Source of the DNA: Cyanophora paradoxa CCMP329
Taxonomy: Eukaryota > Plantae > Glaucophyta
Length of the DNA: 64,000 nucleotides
Direction of reading: 5' to 3'
Assembly: GCA_004431415.1 (NCBI GenBank)
Contig: QPMI01000254.1
Location: 1-64,000, forward strand
A model generated the notes under the pieces. That model saw nothing but the letters and a program-made list of their open reading frames with translations, did no database searches and was not told the DNA's origin. A program made the position numbers and the translations under genes. This document shows positions 48,648 to 60,926 of this stretch, in pieces. The stretch's first letter is position 1. The number at the start of each line of letters is the position of its first letter.

Positions 48648-48823
48648 GTACTGCGAGAGAGATTAATTTTAGTGAGGGGGGGGGGAGGGGGGATTTGGGG
48701 GGCGGAGTCGATCTCTGGGTACGTATACAATCGGCAGTACTTTCCAGAAGACTCACGTGCAGCGCTGCTGCCTCGCCCAAGCACAATTGCAAGCGAGCAC
48801 CGCGGCCCAGTCCGCGCGCCAAA

Positions 48824-50972
48824 ATGAAGATATACGCGCACTTCGAGCACGACGGCTTCCGCTGTGTCGTTCCCGTTCGCTTACCGCCGGATTCGGAAGC
48901 CATGCCCGTCTCCTCGTTCCTCTCGGTACGCTACGGCTCAACAATATCCGCTGATTTGCTATGCGCGGCGGGCTGGCTGACAGGACGTATGCAGATGGCG
49001 GCCGACAAGCTTAGGCCGAAGATCGTCCCTCTTGGCTTGGGGGTTCCGACAGATCGCCTGGTCGCACACGTGTCGAAGGGCTCCAAGTACGCAGAGACTG
49101 CAGCGCCCGCGCGCCGTCAGTCGCTTGCTTGCTGAACCTTCGCGGACCTTCCACCGCATGCGCAGACTCGTACAGCTTCGTCCCTCGGCAAGGCTGCGCT
49201 CTCTGAACATCGAGGATGGATGTGATGTATATCTAACGATTGGTGTGATATCTCCGATCACTGCCCGCCGCGTGATCCGAGCATGGAAGCTGATGGAACG
49301 TTCGGTCCCCAGGCGGTCCCTCCTCCGCGGTCCGCGGTCGCGCCGACTCGGCGAGCGAGCCCGCGGAGGCATCGCCATTCGACAGCATCGATGACCCGGT
49401 CTTGACCCTGATTGCCGCGCAACTCTCTGAGGAGACGAAGGCGCGCCTGTCCCGCACATCCCGGCGCTTCCGTAGCGTGTTCCTCTCCAACCTCGCTGGT
49501 AAGACCGGTGGATGCGCGAGGCCCAGTCACGCGCGCTGACGCCGTCGCAGGCTGGCGCACTGCCCGCATCTCGGTGGCCGATACGGTACCCTCGCCGCGC
49601 GGCCGCGCGAAGGGCGCGCGCGCGGCGTCGGCCTCGCGGGCGCACGTGCTGTCGACGGCGGCGGCGGCGAAGCTGCTACGGGAGCGCTTCGAGGCGATGG
49701 AGGAGCTGCAGATCCGCCTGCCCTCCGGGAGCCCCGGGGCGGACCTCGCCGCCGTCCTCGCGGCGGCGAACCCGGGCCTGGAGCGCCTCTCCGTCGTCCT
49801 GCCCGAGGGCGCCGCCCGCCCCGACGCCGCGCTCCTCGAGGCGGCGGCGCTCGCCCCGGGGCCCCGCCCGCCTGCGCGGCCTGCGCCTCGCCGGCGTCTC
49901 GGGCGACCTGCTCGCCGACGGCGTCGCGGCGCGGGCGGCGGCGGGGGCGCCGGCGGCGGCGGAGACGCTGGAGGAGATCGACGCCGACGTCTCGGAGGCC
50001 GCCTCGCTCGTCGCCCTCGCCGCCGCCTTCCCCCGCCTCCGCTTCCTCTCCCGCCTCCACTGCGCCGACCGCCCGCTCCTCGCCGTCGCCGCCGCGCTCC
50101 CGATCGCCGTGCGGCACCTCTCCGTGCGGTTCCCGCTGGAGGGCCCGTGCCCCGAGTTCGCCGCCGTCGCCGCGCGGGGCCTGCAGTCGCTGAAGCTCAA
50201 CTTCGACCGGGAGGGCGCGCAGGCGCGGGCCTTCGCCGCGCTGGCCGCCTCGGGCGCCCTCGCCAACCTCCGCCTCCTCGTCCTCTCCGGCGCGTGGGAC
50301 GCCGCCAGCGCCCGCCTCGCCGCCCGCCTCCCGCGCCTCGAGCACCTCCGCCTGGAGGACTCGGACCGGCCCGGGGCCGGCCTCAACGCCCCGCGCGAGC
50401 TGCTGGAGGCCCTCGCCGGGGCCTCGCCCTCGCTGCGGCACCTCTCGGCGCAGCCGTCGCGGGCGATGAGCGACCGCTTGCGGGAGGGGGCGCGGCGCCT
50501 CCTCCCGTCCCTCCGCGCCGTCCTCGCCGACGAGGCGCCCCTCTTCGTCTTCCCCGACGCCGTCGCCGCCGCCCGCGCCGCCCTCGAGGCGGAGGGCCAG
50601 CCGGCCCCGCGGGGGCGACGAGGCCTTCCTCTACGCCGGGCCCTCGCCTGGCAGCACACCGACCCCGCCGCCGTCGCGCTGCAGGCGGCCGCCGAGCGGG
50701 CGCGCGGGCGGCCGCGGGAGGAGGCGCTGCGGGAGGCCAAGGCCCTCCTCCGCCCCTCCGTCCTCGTCGTGGACGTCCAGTTCGTCATGGCGCTCCCGGA
50801 GCCGGCCCCCGCCGCCCCCGCCCCGCAGGCCCCGCCCGCCGACGAGCACAAGCCCCCGGCAGCCGAGCCCGAGGCCCCCGCCCCCGCCGAGGCGGCGGCG
50901 GCAGGCCCCGCCCCCTACCGCCCCGACTTCCCGATCCCCTGCGACCACCCCGCCGACCCCATGGAGCTCTGA
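48824..50972 (+). CDS. Ubiquitin-like domain + F-box + LRR-like protein
   Basis: Spliced N-terminus MKIYAHF...KLVQLRPSARLRSLNIEDGCDVYLTIG (Ubl-like); F-box FDSIDDPVLTLIAAQLSEETKARLSRTSRRFRSVF; repeats LQSLKLNF, LRLLVLSG, LEHLRLED. Confidence 0.65.
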
Positions 50973-51225
50973 GGCGAGCTGAGCGGCTCCCCTCCCGAGC
51001 CCGACGGGGGCGGCTGTAAGCTACGCCTGTAACATATCCTTTCCACTGTCAACATGGAGGCTACCTAAACTTTTGCCTTTTGGGTTCATCATGCTAGTTC
51101 TAGATCTGTAGGGTAGCTGTAGACTGTAGGTTCATCATGTCACAGCGTGCCGCGCCACTAGCGGCCACTCATTGAACTTCTGATCAAGCTACTGGTTCGC
51201 GTCGTTCGCTGCGCGCTAGCTCTAG

Positions 51226-53595
51226 CTAGCGGTCGGCGGGGGCGGCATTGGCGGCGGCGGCGGCGTCGGGGTCGAAGGAGCCATCGGCGGGCGCGCCGGG
51301 GGGCGGGAGGACGAAGGTGGGGACCGTCGAGATCGTCTCCAGGCAGCGCCCTGGCCCGCCCCCCGGCCCGGTCGGCGCGGGCGGGCCGGGGCCGGCGGGG
51401 CGCAACGCGGGGCGGACCTCCCGGGGGGTGGAGGTAGTCGCACTTGGGGCAGAGGTACGTCTCGATGAACTCGTCCCGCTCGTCGGGGCCCAGCTGGCAG
51501 CGGCTGCACGTGCACGTGAAGTAGAAGCGGCTCTGCAGGTGCCGCTGCCGCTGCTCCACCGACACCGCCTGCGCCGCCCGGCCTCAGCGCGGAGGAGGCG
51601 GCGGCGGAGGAGAGAGGAGCGGGAGGGAGGGGGCGGGCCGAGTCGGTGTAGCAGAAGGCGAGCTCGGTGCCCTTGGGCTGGGGCATGAGCATGCGGAACT
51701 CGAGGACGCGGTTGCGAAGCGCCGGCATCACCGCCGGCTCCGGCTCCGTCCGGTACATCTGCAGCGGCCGCCGTCGGTCGAGGGCCGGGCCGCCGGCGGC
51801 GCGGGGGCGGACGGTGGCGGCGCAGGAGTGGTTGAAGAAGGAGGCGTGGGGGAAGATGCCGACGCCCTGCGCGCGTGAGCCCGGGCCGGCGGGTCGCGCG
51901 GGCGGGCGGGCGGGCGGGCGGGGCGCACGACGGCCTCGTAGCTGGCGTCCCACATGGCGAAGCTGTTCGTGAAGAAGCTGCAGTAGCTGCCCCCCGCGCC
52001 GCTCCCGTCGGCGCCGGGCGGGCGCCGGGGCGGGCGGCGCGCACTCGTTGATGAGCTCGTTCTCGTCGACGTCCTCGAAGAGCTCGGGCATCACCAGCCT
52101 GCGCCCCGCAGCCGCCCGTCTCGCCCCGCTCCCCCCGACCGGGCGGGCGGGCGCACTTGCACTTGTTGACGAGGACGCGGGCGTCCCGGATCTCGTCCTT
52201 CGAGTACTGCCCGGGCCCCCGGCGCTCCCTTAGGCGCGGCCGGCCGCGCGCGGCGGGGCGCCGCGGGCTGCGGCGCATGCGCACGTGCTCCCGGTGGGTC
52301 ATGAGGACGATGATCGACTCGTACGACATCGCCTCCTCGATCTGCAGCGCCGCGCGCCTCGGCGCCCGGCGCGGGGCGGGGCGGGGCGGGGCGGGCGGAC
52401 GCGGCGGCAGCGGAGGGCGTCGCGGTCGCGGGCCTCCCGGACGGCCTCCCCGTGCGCCGCGCTCCCCGCCGCCATCACCGGCGACTTCGCCCCCTCGCCC
52501 CCGCCGCCTCCTTCGCCGCCCGCTCCGCGTCGTGCGCCCGCGTCGCCTCCCCCGCCGCCCGCGCCGCCGCCGCCGCCGCCGCCTCCGCCGCCTCAATCTG
52601 CTTCTCCAGCTCCTGCACGTGGCCCGCCGCCGCGTCCGCCGCCGCGTCCGCCGTCGTCCGCGCCTCCGCCGTGCCGCCCGCCCCCGCGTCGCCGGCGCCG
52701 GCGCCGGCGCCGAGGGAGACCTTGCCGAGGGCGTCGGCGGCGGCGCCGACGTCCGCCGCCTCGCCCTCCGCCTCGTCCGACGCGATCTCGGCCTCCGCCC
52801 GCCGCCTTCGCAGGTCCCGCGCCCGCCGCACCATCAGCTGGATCAGGATGCGCGCCACCGTGCTGCCCCGCCCCGCGTCGGCCGGCGTCGCCCCGCGCTG
52901 CGGTGGGGTGCGCGGCGCGCACTTCTCGTCGTGGTCGTGGAAGATGTCCCGCCGCTCGAACATCTGGCTGAGTGCGTTGCACTCCTCGCCCGCGTGGTAC
53001 CTGCCACCGCCCGGCGCTCGACGCAGCCGGCAGGGCGGCTGGGGCCGGTAGGGAGCGCGCACCACTTGGCGTACTCCATGCAGTCGGGCGTGCAGTAGTA
53101 GACGGCCCTGCAGTCGGGGCAGCAGCCTGCGCGGGCGGGCCCCTCAGCGCGGCGCGCGGTCGGGCGCGCCGGCCGCGCTCGCTCACCGGGGAGCGGGTCC
53201 TCGAGGTTGCTGGAGAAGCAGTGGGCGCAGACGCGCTTCACGACGCTGTCCTCGGGTACGACGGTGAACGGATAAGCGTGGAAAACGACCTTGTGTCCCC
53301 TGGTCAGTGCAGATCACGTGGAAAGCGCGGCACAGCTAGCCATGACAGTCGCGCAGCGGGTCGGTCGCGGGGTAAGGACGGCCGCGGCTGGCGCGAAGCT
53401 AGTGGCTCGCGCACCTCATCAGTGACGGCGTCTCTCGAGAGCACGGCAAATCGGCCTTGTGTGGGCGTGCCTACGCGAGAAACGCTCGGGGTCGCATACG
53501 CGCCAGCGCAGGCAGTAGAAGCGAGTAGAAAGACACGCACTCGCGATATCTACAGGCCATCCCGAGTGCTTGATGAAGTCGAGCGTCTGCTCCAT
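51226..53595 (-). CDS. SET and MYND domain (SMYD-like) lysine methyltransferase
   Basis: Split SET start QGRFAV; MYND CAHCF...CPDCRAVYYCTPDC...HAGEEC; SET GIFPHASFFNHSC, GTELAFCY; post-SET FYFTCTCSRC. Confidence 0.9.
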
Positions 53596-53961
53596 CGGAC
53601 GATGCGTCGCGTACCGCCCGGCGGCGATTATGCTCTCTCTATCAGCTGCGCTGCAATCCGCTCGGCTCGCGATGTTGCAGGCACGCTGGATTTCGAAGAC
53701 GACCTCTCGGCTTGGGTACGCTGTTTTCCAGAACGAGACCTTGCCGCACAAATCGTTCTAGCGCCTGGATTCCATCGGAGGAGGTGTCTCCAAAGAGCGC
53801 ACAGCGAGGTCAGCGACTCCGCTGCAGCGGCCCGGCGTAGCTAGCTTCTCCGTCGAATCAGTGCTTTCGGGCGGCGGCGGCACCGCGCGTCCAGCTCGCT
53901 CGCTAGCCTTTAGCTAGCCTTCGTAAAGAGGCGTTAGCCGCGAGCTTGGCCACCAGCTCGC

Positions 53962-56900
53962 ATGGCTGCGGTCGTGGAGCGCCATGGCGAGGGGCACGGA
54001 GCGCTGTTGGACCGCATGCATGGCGAGAACGAGCGCAACAAGCCCAGCATTCAACCGCACGGCCTGCTCTTCGTGCTACGGGAGCAGGACCGCGACCTGA
54101 TCATCGAAAACGTCTCTGAGAACGTGACCCAAATCACGGGCTGGCGCCTGCAGGACCTGCTGGGGAGCCCCATCGACGTGCTTCTGGACAAGCTCTCCAC
54201 GAAGCACCTCAAGGAGACCGTCGCGTTCAACGAGCTGAGCCAGCCCATCGAACTCCGCCTGGCGACGTACAAGGCCTCCGGCAAGTCCGCGTCGGGCGGC
54301 TCCCCCTCCCCCGCAGCGCGCTCCTGGAACGGGTGCGCGCGCCGTCCCCGCCGCCGCCCGGCGGCCCGGCCTGAGGCGAGGCGCAGCGTGCTGCACCGGA
54401 CGAGCTGCGGCCTCATCCTGGAGGCGGAGGAGAACACGCCGACGCTCTTCGCGCGCGGCGCGGACCGCACGAAGAAGATCGCGCTCTTCGGTGCGGCGGC
54501 CGCCCCGCCGCGCCGCGCGGCGGCGGGGCGGGAGCTCGAAGCGAGCGGGCGGGGCGGGGGCGGCAGGGCGGCTGCAGAGCACGTCGAGCCAGGCGGAGTT
54601 CTGCGGGGAGCTGGCGGCGGCGATCGCGGAGATGACGGGGTACGAGCGCGTGTGCATGTACAAGTTCGTGGAGGACTTCAACGGGAAGGTGCTCGCGGAG
54701 GTGCGCGCGCGCGAGAGCATCGAGTCCTTCGAGGGGATGTTCTTCCCCTCCACGGACATCCCCGAGTCCACCCGCGCCCTCTACATGATCCACCGCATCC
54801 GCATGTACGTCGACGCCACCGCCGGTCCGCCCCCTCGCCCCGCCCCGCCCCGCCCCGCATTGGTTGTTGCCCCGTGCCGAGCGGGGGCGGGGGCGCAGAG
54901 CCGGTGGAGGTGACGCCGGCGGTGAACCCGACGGCGCGGCTCCCCGTGGACCTCAACCACAGCATCCTCCGCTCCATGCGCTCCTGCCACAGTCCGCCCC
55001 CCGCCCCGCCCCGCCCTGCACGCCCCCCGCCCCGCCCCCGCCGACGCCGACGCCCCGCGCAGTCCAGTACATGAAGGCGAGCCCGCGGCTCGCGGCGCGG
55101 CGCGCGGGGTGCAGGGCGGGGCGGGCGGAGCTGACGGGGCCGGGCGGGGCGCAGAACATGGGCGTGCGGGCCTCCCTCACCATCTCCCTCGTCGTCGAGA
55201 ACAAGCTCTGGGGCCTCATGTCCGCCCCGCCACGCCCCGCCCTGCCCACCGCGCCCCGGGCGCCGAGACGTGGCGCAGCTGCTGCCACCAGCTCTCGGGC
55301 CCGAAGTACATCACGTACGAGGACCGGGCGGCGATCCGCGACGTGGTCGACTTCGCGTCGGTGCTGCTGAGCCACAAGGCGGAGACGGACCGGCGGGAGC
55401 GCTACCTCCAGACGCGGGCGCTCCTCGAGGAGATGGCGTCCTCCGTCCCCGCCGAGGAGCGCAACGTGGCGCAGGCCGTCCTCGACGCCCGCCCCTCGCT
55501 CTTCGACATCATCCCCTGCGGGGGCCTCACCGTGGCGGTCGCCTCCGGGGCGCACGTCTCGCACGGGCGCGTCCCCTCGGAGCCCGAGGTGCAGCAGCTG
55601 GCGCGGTACATCCGGGCGCGGCCGCAGGACCGCGTGTGGAGCACGATCTCGATGTCCCGCGTGATGGAGTCGGCGGCGGCGATGAAGGAGACGGCGTGCG
55701 GCGTGCTGGCCGTCCCCGTGGGCCTGGGGCCCCTCGAGTCGGTGATGTGGTACCGCCCCGAGCTCGAGTACGACGTCGTCTGGGCCGGCTCGCTGAAGGA
55801 GGCGGCCAAGAAGGGGTCCGACGGGAAGGACTACGGGCCCCGCAAGTCCTTCGCCAAGTTCAAGGAGAGCGTCAAGATGACGTGCGAGCCGTGGGAGGGC
55901 CACGAGAAGGACGCGGCCCTCGCCGTCCGCAACTTCCTCGTCGCCCTCTACTTCCGCGGCCTCCCCGACGCCGGCATGAGCGCCGAGCAGCGCCGCGCCT
56001 TCGAGACCGCCGGCTACCCGCTCGTCCTCATGGACCCCCTCTCGGGGATGCTCGACTGCAACCCGCGCTTCTGCCGGGCCCTGGGCCTCGGCAAGAGCGA
56101 CCTCGTCGGGCAGCAGTTCGGGGCCCGCCTGGCGCAGGAGGAGTTCCGGCGGCGCGTGCAGGAGGCCTTCGCGGAGGTCCTCTCCACCGGCGAGGCGGCG
56201 GACGTGGAGCTGCGGGTGCAGGGCGGGGACGGGCGCTCCCTCGAGTGCCTCCTCTTCCTCGCCCCGCTGCGCGCCGCCGCCGGGGGCATCGCCCAGGTCA
56301 TCGGCGTCGCCCAGATCGCCGCCGTCCTCGAGTCCGCCTTCTCCCTCCACGCCGCCGCCTCCACCTACGCCCCGGGCGCCGAGGCCGCCGGCGACATCCA
56401 GCGCGCCGCCACCGCGGGGAGCGCCCCCGGCGGCGCGGCGGGGGCGGGGGCGGGGGAGGAGGGGGAGCGGGGGGCGAACATGGCGGCGGCGATCGAGGCG
56501 AAGCGGCGGTTCCTGACGAAGCTGGGGGCGGAGCTGGAGCAGCGGGAGAACGCGAGCCGGCAGAGCAGCACGGGGGCCCTCTTCGGGCCCTACGCCCCCA
56601 CCGCCCCCGAGAGCCCCCTCGCCAGCCGCTCGCCGCGCCCGCCGCCACGGGGAACCTGCTCGCGACGACGCGGCGCGGCTCGCCCGAGAAGCGCGGCGCC
56701 GCCGCCGTCCACGCCGAGTCCGTCAACCAGTGCGCCCCGAACCGCCCGCCCCGCCCGCCCGCCCGCCCCGCCTCCCTGCGCTGAGGCGGCGGGGCGCGCA
56801 GGTACGTGTCGAACGCGTTCTTCTCGGGGACGTGTCGCTGGAGGAGCCGAAGCCCGAGGCGGCGCTGAGCCGCCGCTCCAGCGCCCGCCGCTCCGCCCGG

Positions 56901-57661
56901 GACGCCCCCGCCGCGGGGCGCCCCGGAGCCGGCCCCGAGGGCCCGGCCCCGCGGGGAGGCCCCGCACCCGGCGACCCCATCCCCGAGGGCGGTGCGGCGC
57001 CCTCGGCGCCCCTCGCGCGCGCGCGCGCCTCTGACGCCGCGGCCGGCGAGCAGACGAGGCGGCGGCGATGGGCGAGGGTGCGGAGGGCGAGGCGCTGGAG
57101 GGGGCGGAGGGGGCGGAGGGCGAGGAGGCGGCCCCGCGGCAGCCGCTGGCGCCGCGGCCGACGATGAACCCGCTCCAGGTCCTCGCCTACTCCGTCAAGT
57201 CCGTTCAGCCCAAGGCGCGCCCGCCCCGCCCCGCCCCGCCCGCCCCCGACCCCGCCCGCACCGCGGCGCTGAGGGGCCGGTGGCGGGGCAGGCGGTGGCG
57301 AAGCAGGTGCAGCTCTCGCTGACGACGAAGGGGGCGTTCCCCGAGGTGGTGTACGGGGACGCGGCGGCCGTCCACCAGCTCCTCAGGCACCTCCTCACCG
57401 AGTCCGTCAAGGTCCGTGGGCGCCCTCCCTCCCCCGCCCCCTTGCCTCCTCCGAGCACCGCACGCGCAGTTCGTCTCGTCGGGGCGGATCTCGCTGCTGG
57501 CGACGCTGGAGACGGTGAAGGGCTTCCGGGCGGGGAGCGTGCCGCACCCGCGCCTCACGCTCCGCCTCGACGTCGCCGACACGGGCATCGGCCTCCTCCG
57601 CAGCGACATCCGCTCCCTCCAGGGCGCCTTCTCCGCCCTCATGGAGCACTGGCAGAGCTAG
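53962..57661 (+). CDS. Phytochrome: PAS-GAF-PHY-PAS plus a degenerate histidine-kinase-related module
   Basis: IQPHGLL, GYERVCMYKF, FPSTDIP, LRSMRSCH|IQYMK|NMGVRASL (GAF chromophore Cys), LWGLI|CCH, VVWAG, PRKSF, EPW; then a PAS domain and a partial HATPase (VADTGIG). Confidence 0.95.
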
Positions 57662-57924
57662 GCGCCCGTCCCGCCCGCGATCCGAATTTATTCTTTTCTT
57701 TGGAAGCCAGAGGGGAGGGGAGCTAGCTGTAGCAAGGGAACAGGGAGATGGGGAGGGAACCGGGACGGGAGATGGGAGGGGAGCTCGAGAGAGAGAGAAC
57801 GTGTTGGGGAGAGAGAGATTTGTGGGGAGTGTTGAGGGGGTAGCCGCCATCAGCAAGGGGGGTGGAGAGGAAGGGGGGGGAAGATCGAGAAAAAAAGAGA
57901 GCAAACACCGACCCGCTGCCCGCG

Positions 57925-58291
57925 ATGGAGAAGGAGGACGGGACGCCCGCGACGCTGGAGGAGGTCATGAGCAGTGCGCGTCGACCCGAACTCGCCCTCC
58001 GCCCGCATCTGAGCCTTCGCCCGCCAGATTTCCAGGCGCAGTTCCAGCGGCTGCTGGATGCGACGCAGAGCGAGTGCGACGAAGTCCGGCAGGAGCACTT
58101 GAAGCTGCAAGAGTCGCTCGAAGGTCGCCTCCGCGGCTGAGCTGAAGCCCCGCGAAACCCCGCGAAATTTGAATTTCCTTCGCGCAGGCACGTTCTCGAC
58201 GTGCTCGGAGCAGAAAGCTGGGTTCGAAAGCGAGCTTTCTCGAATCCAAAGCGAAATCAGGCGCGTTCTGGCAGCGGCGGTCATTGATTGA
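57925..58291 (+). CDS. Small coiled-coil protein, 2 predicted introns
   Basis: MEKEDGTPATLEEVMS|NFQAQFQRLL...LQESLE|GTFSTCSEQKAGFESELSRIQSEIRRVLAAAVID*; frames join across GT-AG introns. Confidence 0.5.
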
Positions 58292-58612
58292 GGTCTCGCG
58301 CGCCTTCTGATCGCAGTCCCCCCGATTTCGCAGCTCGTTCATGTCGCGCCTGCCGAAGCTGGTGTTTGGAAAGCAGCCCGGCCCCGACGCAGTGACCGGC
58401 TTGCAGCGATCCACAGCCGGCATGACGGGCTCGCAGCTGCAGGAGCGATGACGCTCGGAGCCCGTGATCATTTTTGCACCAATGTATAGCCTAGCAGCGC
58501 GAAACCTTTGAACGCAACCGCATGTATTCGGGAATCGCCGCTGAGCGCCGGGCGCCTCGAGCTAGCGCTCGGCTAGATCTAGAGGGTGGACGGCCGGGGC
58601 GGCGCGTTCGCT

Positions 58613-60734
58613 TCAGATAGGGATGGGCGCCTCGGGCTTCTCGACCGACTTCGTCTCCTTCGTGACGACCTCGAGGGTGACCCCGCACTGCCGCAGGCGG
58701 TCCACGATGCCCGTCCCGAAGGCGGCGCCCGGCGTGAGGACGCCGGCCTTGCGGGGCAGGCGGGCCTGCACGAGGGAGTGGGCCCCTGGGCGAGCGGGGC
58801 GGGGGGCGGCGGGTGGGCACGCACGCGGTCCTCGACGAGGGAGAGGGCGCACTGGGCGACCAGGATGGCGGTCATCTGCCGCCGGCGCGTCGCCGTCAGG
58901 CCGGGCCCGCCGCGGCGGCCGCGCGGGGCCCGGCGCCGGCGCTCGGGGCCGCACCTCGTAGGCCTCGGGGGCGTTCATGCGGCAGACGACGGTGGTGTCG
59001 TCGCGCTCGAGCTCGGGCTTGGAGCGGCCGCTCGCCTCGAAGGTGAGGCGGGTGGAGAGGCGCTCGCGCATCGCCTCGTCGGGCCCGTAGCCCTCGGGCT
59101 TGCGCCGGATGAGCCAGTCCAGCGTCCCCTTGCTCTTCACCATCAGCTTGAAGAACCTGCCGCCCCAGTGAGGCGCTCGCAGAAGCGGGAGGCGAGGGGC
59201 AAGAAGGGGCACATGAAGGCGGCGGCCATCTTGATGGCGGCCCAGAGGCTGTTCAGCTCGAGGTAGTGCCCGTACGCGAAGTCGGGCCGGTTCCCCTCCG
59301 TCAGCTCGTGCGTCCTGCCGGGGATCAGGGCGGGGCCGGGCCGGGCGGGGCGAGAGGAAGGGGCGGGCCCCCGCACTTCTTCACGATGGTGGGGTCGGCG
59401 ACGGGGAAGGGGACCACGCGGTGCCCGACCGCCTGCCGCCCGCCCGCCTCAGAGACGGCGGAGGGCTTTGCGGGGCGGGCGTGCGGCGGGCCTTCGGGGT
59501 GTGCATGCCCATAGGGAGGCGCGGGGCCTTGCGGGCGATGGCGGCGGCGGGGCCGGCGGGGGCGGCGGGGGCCTTGGGGCGCGCCGGCGGCGTGTACGCG
59601 AAGCTGTTCATGAGCGTCGTCCACGTCCCCGCGCTGATCCCCTCCCACGAGCCTGCGCAGGCGGCGCTCAGAGCGGCCGGAGGAGGAGGGGGGCCGGCCG
59701 GCGGCGGGGCGCACCGTCGCTGAGGCTCTGGTCGAGGAGCACGTACGTCCTGCGGTCGCGGGCCTCGGAGACCGCGCAGGGGCAGGCGGGGCGCGGGGGC
59801 GGCCTCACTTGACGGAGCTGCAGCAGCCGGCGGGGAACTGCTCCCTGCGAAAAGGCGTGAGGCCGTAACGAGGCCGCGGGCCGGCAGGGAGGGCGGGCGG
59901 GGCGGACTTTGCGTAGAGGGCGCCGATGTCGGCGGGGACGCTGTCGGCGCCGCAGCTGAGGGCCACCACCACGCCCCGCTCCTCCGCCTTCTGCCCGTAG
60001 CTCGCGAACATCCGCCCTGCCCCGCCGTGAGGCCCCGCCGGCGGCGGCGACGACGGCGGGCGGGCAGGCAGCGCGCACGGATGAACTCAGGTTCGCCGTT
60101 CACGTCCTGTGGGCCCCGGGGGCGGCACGGCTCGAGAGGGGGGCGGCAGGAGGGCGGGGGGCGCGAGGGCAGTGCGAACCGCATAGTCGGTGCCGGCCTC
60201 GACACAGCTCTTGACGACGAGCTCGCCGTGGTAGCGGAAGGGGCCCACTGCGTTGATGACCACCTTGGCCTTCTCCGCCATCGTCCGCACGCTCGCCTCG
60301 TCCTCCGTCGACGCCACGATCGGGTCCAGCCGCGCGCAGTCCGCGTCGATCGCCGCCAGCCGCTCCCGCAGCTGCGCCAGCTTCGCCGCGCTCCGGCCCG
60401 CGATGTTCCACGTGCACCGCCTGCCGGCAGCCGCGCGCGGCGCGTGTCACCAGAGGACGGGAAAGCAAAGCGCGGCTCGCCGGCGCACCGCTTGATGTGC
60501 TTGGCGAAGTACCGCGCAGTCAGCTCTCCTGCGAGTCCACGAGCGTCTCGAAAGCTTAGCTATGCGAGGCGAGGCCGGCGGAAGGCCGCGAAACCAAGCG
60601 GCGGCGTTTTGATGGGCGCACCGGTGTAGCCGGTCGCGCCTGCAAGACGCGTGAGCGATACAGAGCGGCGGGAGCGGTGCAAATCAGAGCGCACCGTAGA
60701 TGATGACATCGTAAATCCGATGCGACGGGGCCAT
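58613..60734 (-). CDS. Saccharopine dehydrogenase-like oxidoreductase (SCCPDH family)
   Basis: YDVIIYG|ATGYTG, IAGRSAAKL, VVINAVGPFRYHGELVVKSC, DYA|DVNGEP, SCGADSVPADIG, ISAGT, GVLTPGAAFG. Confidence 0.92.
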
Positions 60735-60926
60735 GTCGAGAGGCCCTAACTAGCAGTCGCCGGTGTCTTGACACCTCGGCTGGCGCGCTCCAAGTCGAGC
60801 TGAACGAACCACGGCGAACCCGAGGAACTCCGGACGGTCTACCCCCGCTTGAGATCTTCCCCCCCCCCTGCGGCTGCCGCGCCGCGCGGCTGTTGCGCCC
60901 AGCGCCGCAACGCCTCAGTGCCGGAC

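Noticed and set aside
56630-56660. Apparent frameshifts here and in other genes (e.g. ~4880, ~8400, ~29370, ~38500, ~49860) as programmed frameshifting or pseudogenisation
   Set aside because: They fall in G/C runs where single-base assembly errors are likely; they cannot be judged without reads.
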